Positions 42,188 through 50,485 of a stretch of 64,000 nt of DNA are shown here, piece by piece. The DNA is from an uncultured Bacteroidota bacterium. Its GTDB lineage: Bacteria > Bacteroidota > Ignavibacteria > UBA10030. The stretch's first letter is position 1, and each line of letters starts with the position of its first letter. The translations under genes were made by a program, and so were the position numbers. Under the pieces are notes generated by a model that made no database searches, had not been told where the DNA came from, and saw only the letters and a program-made list of their open reading frames with translations. The stretch lies in contig CAVYRP010000010.1 in NCBI GenBank assembly GCA_963770945.1, positions 33,190 through 97,189 of the forward strand, read 5' to 3'.

Positions 42188-45100
42188 TTATTTCGTCGAT
42201 ATTTTTGCGGTTCCTGTACGTTTAAGCACACCCCACCCAACAAGCGTTCCTCGCATTGCTGAAAGCATCGATTTAATAAGCACCCAGTACATCAGCTGAC
42301 GATAGATAAATCGTTGCGGAATGAGAAGCCACAACCGAGACATACTTTCCTGTTCGAACCAAAAAGCAACTGCCGAAGCAGAAAAATCAACGACAAGAAA
42401 TACAAGATAGTATATAAACAACTGTTCCCAATTGCCGGCAATAATCGATGCGATCATCACCAGATCTGCCAACGGTGAAAGCAACGGGAGGATAAATTGA
42501 AAGAGAAACATATTCGGTAATGCAATCCATCCTAGGTTTTTACGGGTATGGCTGAATAACATATCGCGATGTTTCCAAATGCTTTGCATAATCCCAAATG
42601 ACCACCGGAAACGCTGCTTCAGAAACATCTTCATTGTTTCAGGTGCCTCAGTGAATGCCAGTGCATCATCTGCATACCGAACATCGTACCCTGCTGCAAG
42701 TAAACGCATCGTAATATCACAATCCTCCGCAAGTGTATCTGTCGCGAATCCATCAACAAGATTAACTGCGTTTGTGCGAAATGCACCTATTGCCCCTGGC
42801 ACTACTGTAATAGCATTCAACCGGTCAAATGCACGTCGATCAAAATTCTGGCTAGTAATATATTCGACCGCCTGCCAGCGCGTTAGCATGTTTCGTTCGT
42901 TCCCGACTTTAACATTTCCCGCTACGGCACCCACTTGTTCTGTGTCAAACAGGCGCACGAGGTTACCAATCGCATCGGGATCAAGGACTGTATCGGCATC
43001 GATACAGACGAGCAACTCTCCGTGAGCTTGTTGAATACCATAATTTAGTGCCGATGCCTTTCCACCATTCGGTTTGGTATAAACACGTACTTTAGCAACC
43101 CCTTTATATGCTTCAACCACGCGTTGATAGGTATGATCTTTCGATCCATCGTCAATTAGGATAATTTCCAGATGCGGGTATGCGGCATGTAGAAGATTTC
43201 CAATGGTTTTGACCGCTGTAATTTCCTCGTTATATGCCGGAACAATGACACTCACCAATGGCTGAGCTGATGAACGTTTTTGCATATCTCGCTGTCTGCG
43301 GCGCTGACTAAATGCAAGAAGAGCTACAGCTACAAGACGAGCGACAGATAGTATTATTCCAATAAAAAAGAGGGCAAAAATAATGATTTCACCCCAGTAG
43401 ATTGTTTCTACTGTTATCCAGTTAATTTGTGAGAGTGTTACTTCTTTGCGGTCATGAAGAGGTGGCATAATATCGTCGTGCGTTTTCCCAAGCAAGCTGC
43501 AAATAGTTGTAAAAGTATATCCTTGATCTCGAAAATACCGGATAACGCGCGGCAACACAGCAACAGTCTGAGATCTATCGCCACCGGCATCGTGCAGGAG
43601 GATAATACTTCCATTATGCTTCTGAGCCACAATACGAGTGAAAATCGAATCCGCCGTGACCCCTTTTTGCCAGTCAAGTGGGTCAATAGATTCACCAACG
43701 GTATAAAAATTCATTTCTTTTGCTTCGACAATAGGAATGATCTCTTGTATTGTTTCCGGTTCCGAATCTGCATTGTATGGAGCACGAAAAAGAACTGTGG
43801 AACGGCCTATAACCGACTCGATGAGCCGTCGTGTAGCACCCAATTCAACCCTAACACGCTCTGGACTTATCTCTGCAAGATTCGGATGGGAAAACGTATG
43901 ATTGCCAATTTCAAAACCGTCCCGATCTAATCGACGAAGTAAGTTAAGATTACTCTCTGCATTTTCACCAAGCACAAAAAATGCCGCCGGTACATGTTCA
44001 GCCTCAAGAATATCGAGTATCGCCGGTGTATACCGCGGATCAGGGCCGTCATCAAACGTCAACACGATTTTTTTCTCTGCAGTGCCAAACTTACGGATTA
44101 CGTAAGAAGTAGGAAGTTGCTGGTAATTTTCTTCCGAGATGAGCTGATCATCATTATTATATCCAAGCTTGATAGTACCTTCTTGAGGAGTAGCAACAAT
44201 ATCGAGTATTTCTCCCTCGCCTTCAAAATCAACACCGGTAGAAGGCCGACTCGTGCTCATCGAAGAAATATCAAACGGATGTATCGCAAGAGAATCATTT
44301 CTTAGTTCGCGTTCAAAATAATTCCATATCCGCGAATCCTCTCCACCAAGACGCCAAAGGGCAACTCCGGCAATGTCATAATCCGATCCTGCACGCATAG
44401 CATTGAACGATGTTGCTGCATCGGCAAACCAGACCGTATGATGTACCTTGTTATCATCGTCATACTCGAAATGCAAATTATAATTTGAGTTATCAAAGAT
44501 AATTTCGGCTTCCTCTTCGCGTGCACGTACAATCGCCTCTTCGTATGTAATATCTTCTGCCTCATCACCATTTGGCCAATCATATCCATAGGCGGCAAGA
44601 CTGAGAAGAACTTTCTCTGACGGCACTTCCCTGCAAATGCGACCAAGAATACCCTCTACCCATTTATGATCTGCAATCGGTCCTGGGTTACTGGTAGCAT
44701 AGTGCATGTCATACGCCATAACTACGAGATAATCATTATATGAAGTAAGTTCACGAAGATTATAATCACTATTCAACGGGGCAATATCCTGTGTGACAAG
44801 ATATCCGCGCGGGTGCAATGCATTGAAAAGTTCTCGTTGAAATATTATCAGTTCCTCTTCAGCGTTTTTTCCCAAAGACTCAAAATCTATATTCACCCCC
44901 TGGAATTTATACATGACCAGCACCTCAAGTATCTGAGCGATGAATCGTTCCCTTTTCTTATGCGACGAGAGAATCCGATGCACATTATCGCCGTTCCATC
45001 GGCCATTGTAAAAATTTGAAATCATCGGTACAACAGCGACGTTATGCGACCGCATCAGATTGAGAGCCTGTGCATGGATATCGACAATGGCCGTATCGAC

Positions 45101-45538
45101 TGAATCCGCTACAAATAACCATTCCGGCATCACCATTGTCAGATGGCGAATATTTTCTGATAACGAATAGTATGATTGGGCATCCCAATTTACAAAGAAT
45201 GCAGCACGGACATCCTGAAGTTTTATTGTTGGTGCATAAGTATTTATTTTCCTTCGGGCAAATTCAAGAGCCTTTGTGCGGGCTTGTTTATACGAATGAT
45301 TGGCTGTCGTTTTAAAAGTAGTAATATGTTCGGGATTAAGAATCCGCTTGTAGATCTCGTTTTGACCGACAAGTTTAGGCAGCAAACTATCTCCCAACCG
45401 TACGCTGGCAAAAAGAAAAACAAGTATTGCTAACACCGCAAGAATAGACACGATGTACACCGTACCAAGGAATAGTTTCCATCGATAAGTGGATGCACTA
45501 TAAAATATAGGATGGGCGTCTGTTCTCACAAAAGACAA
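42188..45538 (-). CDS. multidomain exopolysaccharide synthase: TM + GH18-like + NodB polysaccharide deacetylase + GT2 (PgaC/IcaA-like) with C-terminal TM bundle
   Basis: Intact 1116 aa.
- GH18-like: GVNIDFESL.
- NodB: LTFDDGPDPRYTP..FFVLG..GNHTFSHP.
- GT2: VSVIVPAYNEE, DDGSKDHT, DADTVL, QRFRWSFG. Confidence 0.85.
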   Translation of the reverse strand: MSFVRTDAHPIFYSASTYRWKLFLGTVYIVSILAVLAILVFLFASVRLGDSLLPKLVGQNEIYKRILNPEHITTFKTTANHSYKQARTKALEFARRKINTYAPTIKLQDVRAAFFVNWDAQSYYSLSENIRHLTMVMPEWLFVADSVDTAIVDIHAQALNLMRSHNVAVVPMISNFYNGRWNGDNVHRILSSHKKRERFIAQILEVLVMYKFQGVNIDFESLGKNAEEELIIFQRELFNALHPRGYLVTQDIAPLNSDYNLRELTSYNDYLVVMAYDMHYATSNPGPIADHKWVEGILGRICREVPSEKVLLSLAAYGYDWPNGDEAEDITYEEAIVRAREEEAEIIFDNSNYNLHFEYDDDNKVHHTVWFADAATSFNAMRAGSDYDIAGVALWRLGGEDSRIWNYFERELRNDSLAIHPFDISSMSTSRPSTGVDFEGEGEILDIVATPQEGTIKLGYNNDDQLISEENYQQLPTSYVIRKFGTAEKKIVLTFDDGPDPRYTPAILDILEAEHVPAAFFVLGENAESNLNLLRRLDRDGFEIGNHTFSHPNLAEISPERVRVELGATRRLIESVIGRSTVLFRAPYNADSEPETIQEIIPIVEAKEMNFYTVGESIDPLDWQKGVTADSIFTRIVAQKHNGSIILLHDAGGDRSQTVAVLPRVIRYFRDQGYTFTTICSLLGKTHDDIMPPLHDRKEVTLSQINWITVETIYWGEIIIFALFFIGIILSVARLVAVALLAFSQRRRQRDMQKRSSAQPLVSVIVPAYNEEITAVKTIGNLLHAAYPHLEIILIDDGSKDHTYQRVVEAYKGVAKVRVYTKPNGGKASALNYGIQQAHGELLVCIDADTVLDPDAIGNLVRLFDTEQVGAVAGNVKVGNERNMLTRWQAVEYITSQNFDRRAFDRLNAITVVPGAIGAFRTNAVNLVDGFATDTLAEDCDITMRLLAAGYDVRYADDALAFTEAPETMKMFLKQRFRWSFGIMQSIWKHRDMLFSHTRKNLGWIALPNMFLFQFILPLLSPLADLVMIASIIAGNWEQLFIYYLVFLVVDFSASAVAFWFEQESMSRLWLLIPQRFIYRQLMYWVLIKSMLSAMRGTLVGWGVLKRTGTAKISTK

Positions 45539-45701
45539 CCGATTACAACGATGTAAAACATATCATAATTAATAGTTCTTATGCAATAAGATAAGAACAA
45601 AAACGTTCCTTTCATAAGGAAAGGTAATTATCAGTAGATACTTGTATTGGTATTCCAGTGCTAAATGGTGGAGACGTTTATAATCCCTTAGAATTGGCCA
45701 T

Positions 45702-45936
45702 AGAGTCCCTTCTCCTGGTCACAAACCCTGATGAAAATCGCAATTTGACAACAACAAAATTATTTGCATACAGAATTGCGTACAAATAAAAAAGGTGTTT
45801 GAAATTATCAAACACCTTCTCTGGTAAGAATAATCTATTTTATTCTATCCCGACGAAAAACAGCGGGATTCTCAAAATTACATTAAACTTAGCTTCACTA
45901 GCTTCGCTGTCTCGCTAAGTTTAGTAATTTTGGAAG
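45702..45936 (-). repeat. copy B of the about 230-bp module = actual trailer of tRNA-Phe
   Basis: Starts immediately 3' of tRNA-Phe (..CACTTCCA on the minus strand) and is colinear with 35632-35860. See copy A. Confidence 0.6.
45784..45818 (-). terminator. Rho-independent terminator of the tRNA-Phe transcript
   Basis: 11-bp stem AAGGTGTTTGA(45792-802)/TCAAACACCTT(45808-18). Followed on the minus strand by TTTTTTATTTGT. Confidence 0.75.
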
Positions 45937-46009
45937 TGGACAGGGGCGGAATTGAACCGTCGACACATGGATTTTCAGTCCATTGCTCTACCAACTGAGC
46001 TACCTGTCC
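45937..46009 (-). tRNA. tRNA-Phe (anticodon GAA)
   Basis: Hand-folded 73-nt cloverleaf GGACAGG-TA-GCTC-AGTTGGTA-GAGC-A-ATGGA-CTGAAAA-TCCAT-GTGTC-GACGG-TTCAATT-CCGCC-CCTGTCC-A. There is one A:C mismatch in the T stem (50:64). CCA is not encoded. Confidence 0.88.
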
Positions 46010-46165
46010 AAAATTTTCTCGATTTAGCGAGTGATAACGAAGCTAAATCGATTGAAAATTTTAGGATCCCGACGTTTTCTGTCGGGAGCCAAAATTCAAA
46101 ATATAAAAGAACTACTTTCACAACTTAACAATTGCAGCGAAAGCTAAGTTGTTAAAAAAGATTGC

Positions 46166-46197
46166 GAATAAAAATCCCGCTGGACCTCAGCGGGACC
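46166..46197 (-). terminator. Rho-independent terminator after the acyl-CoA dehydrogenase gene
   Basis: Minus strand GGTCCCGCTG-AGGTC-CAGCGGGA followed by TTTTTATT. Confidence 0.7.
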
Positions 46198-46254
46198 AAA
46201 AAAATCTATACTTAAAATTACCAGACTTTTATGCTGAAAGTCAAGATTTGATTC

Positions 46255-47399
46255 TTAAACTTTTCCGTTCTTTTTAAGAATATCGCGCGCTATTACAAGT
46301 CTTTGAACTTCGCTTGTTCCTTCAAATATCGGATTGATGCGGGCGTCTCGATAGTACCGCTCTATCGGCAGTTCTCTCGAATATCCCATTCCGCCATGAA
46401 TCTGCACTGCCATGTCGGCTACTTTAACCAGATTGCTCTGAAGCATATAATTTCACATACGCTGCCTGACGCGAGACTGATTTCTTTTCATCATAATCCT
46501 GGGCTGTTCGATAAACCATCGATTCCAAAGCGTAGATCGTCAACGCCTATATCAGCAAGCATAAATTGAATTGCCTGAAATTGCGATATCGGCGAATCGA
46601 ATTGCTTTCGTTCTTTTGAATATTTTGTACTCAGTTCCAAGAGTTCTTTCATAGCGCCCAGACATGCCGCTCCCAGGCCAAGACGGCCTGCATCTAATGT
46701 TTTCATTGCAATAAGAAATCCGCGACCGTCATCACCAATGATGTTGTCCTTCGGAATTCGAACATTTTCAAACGTCAGTGCATTTGTCATACTGGCACGT
46801 ATACCCATTTTCTTTTCTTTAGGACCGGCAGTGAATCCGGGAGTTTTTGTCTCGACTACAAATGCACTGATTCCTCGTTCTGTCCGGGCAAAAACCGAAA
46901 GGACATCCGCTATGCCGCCGTTGGTAATCCACAATTTTTCGCCATTTATGACCCATTCATTACCATCAAGGCGTGCTTTCGTTCTTAAATTAAAGGAATC
47001 CGAACCGGCAGTTGCTTCTGTCAATGCAAATCCTCCGATATATTTACCTTCAGCAAGCGGGACAAGATACTTCTTCTTCAATTCTTCAGAACCGCCGATA
47101 TATATTGCATTCGCTCCGATGGATTGATGTGCTCCGATAAATGTGGAGGTTGCAAGATCGCCCCTGCCCATTTCTTCCTGCATAATGCAATAACCGACTT
47201 CACCGAATCCGCCGCCGCCATATTCTTGAGGAAATGCTGCTCCAAGAAAACCTATATCCGCAATTTTTCGGATTAATTCCGGTGATAATTTTTCTTCTTC
47301 ATCCATCTTCTGGGCAAGAGGCTTAACCTCGGCATTCACAAAATCCCTCGCCATATCACGAAGCATACGTTGTTCTTCTGTAAATTCAAACTGAAACAT
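46255..47399 (-). pseudogene. acyl-CoA dehydrogenase, frame broken twice near the C-terminus
   Basis: ORF 46491..47399 (GGFALTEATAGSD, WITNGG) and ORF 46255..46446 ([44 protein letters not shown]). A bridging piece is read by hand in the third frame ([37 protein letters not shown]). Shifts lie near 46545 and 46447. Confidence 0.85.
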
Positions 47400-47438
47400 A
47401 GTGGATTCCTTCTAACTTGATAAGATGTGAATAATATT

Positions 47439-48275
47439 TTAATAATTATTGCGCGGACTGAAAAATCCGACCATATCCTCGCCGCCATCAACTCCAAGAA
47501 CATTACCGGATATCCAGCCTGATTCTTCTGTAGAAAGAAGAACAATTGCCTTAGCAACATCTGAAGGAGTTGTAAGCCGCCCGGCAGGATTCTTCATACG
47601 TGCAGCTTCGATCATTTTGGCATTTCCCGGTATCTTGCGCAGCGCCGGAGTATCCGTTACTCCAGCAATAATTGCGTTTGCTGTAATGCCCTGAGGCCCG
47701 AGCTCCATGCTTAGCTGCCTGATATGCGACTCAAGACATGCTTTCGCAGCCGAGACCGCACCGTAGAACGGCATTGTTGTATGCCCGCCTGAACTTGTCA
47801 TTCCGAAAATACGCCCGCCCCGCTTTAATAGATTTCTATTAAGAAGTCCCTGTACCCAATATACAAGGCTATGCGCCATCACATCAACTGTCATTTCCAT
47901 CTGGGCCTGGGTCAGCATATCTTCTTGTTTCTTTGCTATAAATGATTTCAATGATCCGAATGCAAGGGAATGCAGCACTACTTTAACGGTCGACGACGGA
48001 TCGTTCTCAAATTGTTCCTGAATTTCGTCCAGTATCTCGTTCCGCTTAATACTATCGGCCGCATTTATATTATAAAATACCGCTTTTGCACCCGTACGAT
48101 TAATCTCTTTAATAAGGTTTTGTACGTTATTCATTGTTGCCTGACGATCCAGATGCACGCCGAAGATATTCATCCCATGTTTTGCCAGCTCGATAGCCGT
48201 CGCAGCGCCAAAGCCGCTCGATGCTCCGAGAATCAGCGCCCATTCGTTCGATTTAAATTTTACGTCCAGTTTCAC
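47439..48275 (-). CDS. SDR-family oxidoreductase (FabL-like enoyl-ACP reductase pattern)
   Basis: 278 aa. ILGASSGFGAATA Rossmann motif, YGAVSAAK catalytic Y-x3-K, and ..NPAGRLTTPSDVA. Confidence 0.75.
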   Translation of the reverse strand: MKLDVKFKSNEWALILGASSGFGAATAIELAKHGMNIFGVHLDRQATMNNVQNLIKEINRTGAKAVFYNINAADSIKRNEILDEIQEQFENDPSSTVKVVLHSLAFGSLKSFIAKKQEDMLTQAQMEMTVDVMAHSLVYWVQGLLNRNLLKRGGRIFGMTSSGGHTTMPFYGAVSAAKACLESHIRQLSMELGPQGITANAIIAGVTDTPALRKIPGNAKMIEAARMKNPAGRLTTPSDVAKAIVLLSTEESGWISGNVLGVDGGEDMVGFFSPRNNY

Positions 48276-48340
48276 TTTGTTCCCGCTTTCCTTTCATAAA
48301 GTATTATAAAAATACGAAGAATTGCATAACAATTCATTTC

Positions 48341-50173
48341 TTATTCTACAGTAACGCTTTTAGCCAGGTTTCTAGGCTGATCGATATTACATCCCCTGGC
48401 AACCGCAATGTAGTAAGCGAGCAATTGCAGAGGAATTACAGTAAGAATAGGCGTAAATAAATCAAGAGTCGTCGGAATAGATATCATATAATCCGCTAAA
48501 TGACAGATGCTGTCGTCTTCACTGTTTACAATGGCAATCACCTTCCCGCTCCGTGCTTTTACTTCCTGAATATTACTCATGATTTTATCATAGGTACTGT
48601 CCTTAGGCGCAATAAATACCACAGGCATATTTTCATCGATGAGTGCGATTGGGCCATGTTTCATTTCCGCTGCCGGATATCCTTCGGCATGAATATAAGA
48701 GATCTCTTTCAGCTTCAGCGCACCTTCAAGCGCTGAGGGGAAATTATATCCCCGGCCCAGATAGAGGAAGTTTTTTGTGTCCTTGAATTCATTCGCAATA
48801 CTTTCAATCTGTTTTGTGTCAGACAGGATCGTTTTAACTTTCTCGGGTAATTGTGCCAGCTCTTTAACAAGTTCGATGCCTTTATCCCGCGACATTCCTT
48901 TGCTTCGTGCAATAAGAATAGTCAGCAGTGCAAGCACTGTTAATTGCGATGTAAATGCCTTTGTGGATGCAACACCGATTTCAGGCCCGGCGTGGATGTA
49001 AACGCCGCCGTCGCTTTCGCGTGCGATGGAACTTCCGACAACATTACAAATTCCGATAGCGGTCGCGCCATGCGATTTTGCTTCGCGTAAAGCAGCAAGC
49101 GTATCTGCGGTTTCGCCGCTCTGGCTTATTAAGAAAACTACATCGCCTTTATTGAGAATAGGATTCCGGTAGCGAAATTCAGAGGCATACTCGACTTCCA
49201 CAGGAATACCGGCATATTGCTCGAGCATATATTCGCCGATAAGCGCAGCGTGCCAGGAAGTGCCGCACGCCGCAAAGATCAGACGGGGCGCACGTACGAT
49301 TTTTTCAACCACTTCGTTAAGGCCGCCGAGCTTGACCTTCCCATCATCCTCCAGCAAACGTCCGCGCATTGAATTCTGGATAGTTTCAGGCTGTTCATGG
49401 ATTTCCTTCAGCATAAAATGATTGAACCCGCCCTTTTCAATCTGGTCAAGATCAAACGTAAGTTCTTCAATTACCTTGTTTATCTCAACATCGCTTAAGG
49501 TTTTTACCGTTACATCATGCGCAGTGACTACCGCAATTTCACCATCCTCCAGATATGCCACCTTCCGCGTATGCTGTACTAAAGCCGAAGCGTCGGAAGC
49601 GACGACGATCTCTTCATCTCCATAACCGATTACCAGCGGGCTTCCCTTTCGGGCAACGATTAAAGTATCCGGTTTATGAATATCGGCGACAATAATTCCG
49701 TACGTTCCTGTTACTTCTTTTAAGGCGCCGCGAACAGCCAAATCAAGGTCCTTATTCCAGCGGGCGAATTCCTCTATAAGATGCACTAAAACCTCGGTAT
49801 CGGTCGTAGACTTGAAAACGTGCCCGAGCAATTCCAGCTTCTTTTTTAAAGTCGCATAATTCTCGATGACTCCGTTATGAATCAGCGCAATGTGATTATG
49901 ACAATCCGTATGAGGATGAGCGTTTATATCATTCGGCACACCGTGGGTAGCCCAGCGGGTATGTCCCATACCGACAGTGGCCGTTGAATGCATATTCTTC
50001 ATCAAGTCTTCAAGTTGAGAGACTTTTCCGACACATTTATTAATTTGGATTTTTCCATCCTGAAGTAATGCGACTCCTGCTGAGTCGTAACCCCTGTACT
50101 CAAGCCGTTTTAATCCCTCTAAAAGGATCGGTAATGCATTTCTTTTACCGACATATCCGACTATGCCGCACAT
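48341..50173 (-). CDS. glmS: glutamine--fructose-6-phosphate aminotransferase GlmS
   Basis: 610 aa. MCGIVGY N-terminal nucleophile, two SIS domains, and a C-terminal ..PRNLAKSVTVE. Confidence 0.95.
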   Translation of the reverse strand: MCGIVGYVGKRNALPILLEGLKRLEYRGYDSAGVALLQDGKIQINKCVGKVSQLEDLMKNMHSTATVGMGHTRWATHGVPNDINAHPHTDCHNHIALIHNGVIENYATLKKKLELLGHVFKSTTDTEVLVHLIEEFARWNKDLDLAVRGALKEVTGTYGIIVADIHKPDTLIVARKGSPLVIGYGDEEIVVASDASALVQHTRKVAYLEDGEIAVVTAHDVTVKTLSDVEINKVIEELTFDLDQIEKGGFNHFMLKEIHEQPETIQNSMRGRLLEDDGKVKLGGLNEVVEKIVRAPRLIFAACGTSWHAALIGEYMLEQYAGIPVEVEYASEFRYRNPILNKGDVVFLISQSGETADTLAALREAKSHGATAIGICNVVGSSIARESDGGVYIHAGPEIGVASTKAFTSQLTVLALLTILIARSKGMSRDKGIELVKELAQLPEKVKTILSDTKQIESIANEFKDTKNFLYLGRGYNFPSALEGALKLKEISYIHAEGYPAAEMKHGPIALIDENMPVVFIAPKDSTYDKIMSNIQEVKARSGKVIAIVNSEDDSICHLADYMISIPTTLDLFTPILTVIPLQLLAYYIAVARGCNIDQPRNLAKSVTVE

Positions 50174-50485
50174 ATATTTCTCCTGTTATTGATTAATACA
50201 AATAATCATTATCAATCTATCTGCTTACCGCCTATCCCATTAAAGAAATGCAACAGTCGCTCCTCGCAAGTCATGCAGAATGTATTGAATTCAGAATTTT
50301 TTCGTTAAAATATTAAGCAATAGAACCTGAGATACATTCACTTTTGAATCCAAAAATGTATTCTTTCATAAGGTACAATTTTATTCTCGTAGATAATAGC
50401 GGCTTCTTCTTACCCGGCATTATATTTATCAGGCGGAATAGGCAAATAAAATGACATTTGCATAATTAAGATTTTCTTTCATTTG

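Noticed and set aside
35424-45936. A classical integrase-mediated genomic island at tRNA-Phe
   Set aside because: There is no integrase, excisionase, transposase or conjugation gene between the repeats. The repeats do not include any part of the tRNA itself and are only about 70-75% identical. The observation is kept as a finding, but the standard island model is not supported.
50174-50485. glmS ribozyme in the 312-nt leader upstream of glmS
   Set aside because: I read the minus-strand leader looking for the conserved core (AGCGCC..GACGAGG..GGCGG pseudoknot context) and could not find a convincing match. The region is AT-rich, and the ribozyme is mainly a Firmicutes/Deinococcus feature. An Infernal scan with RF00234 would settle it.
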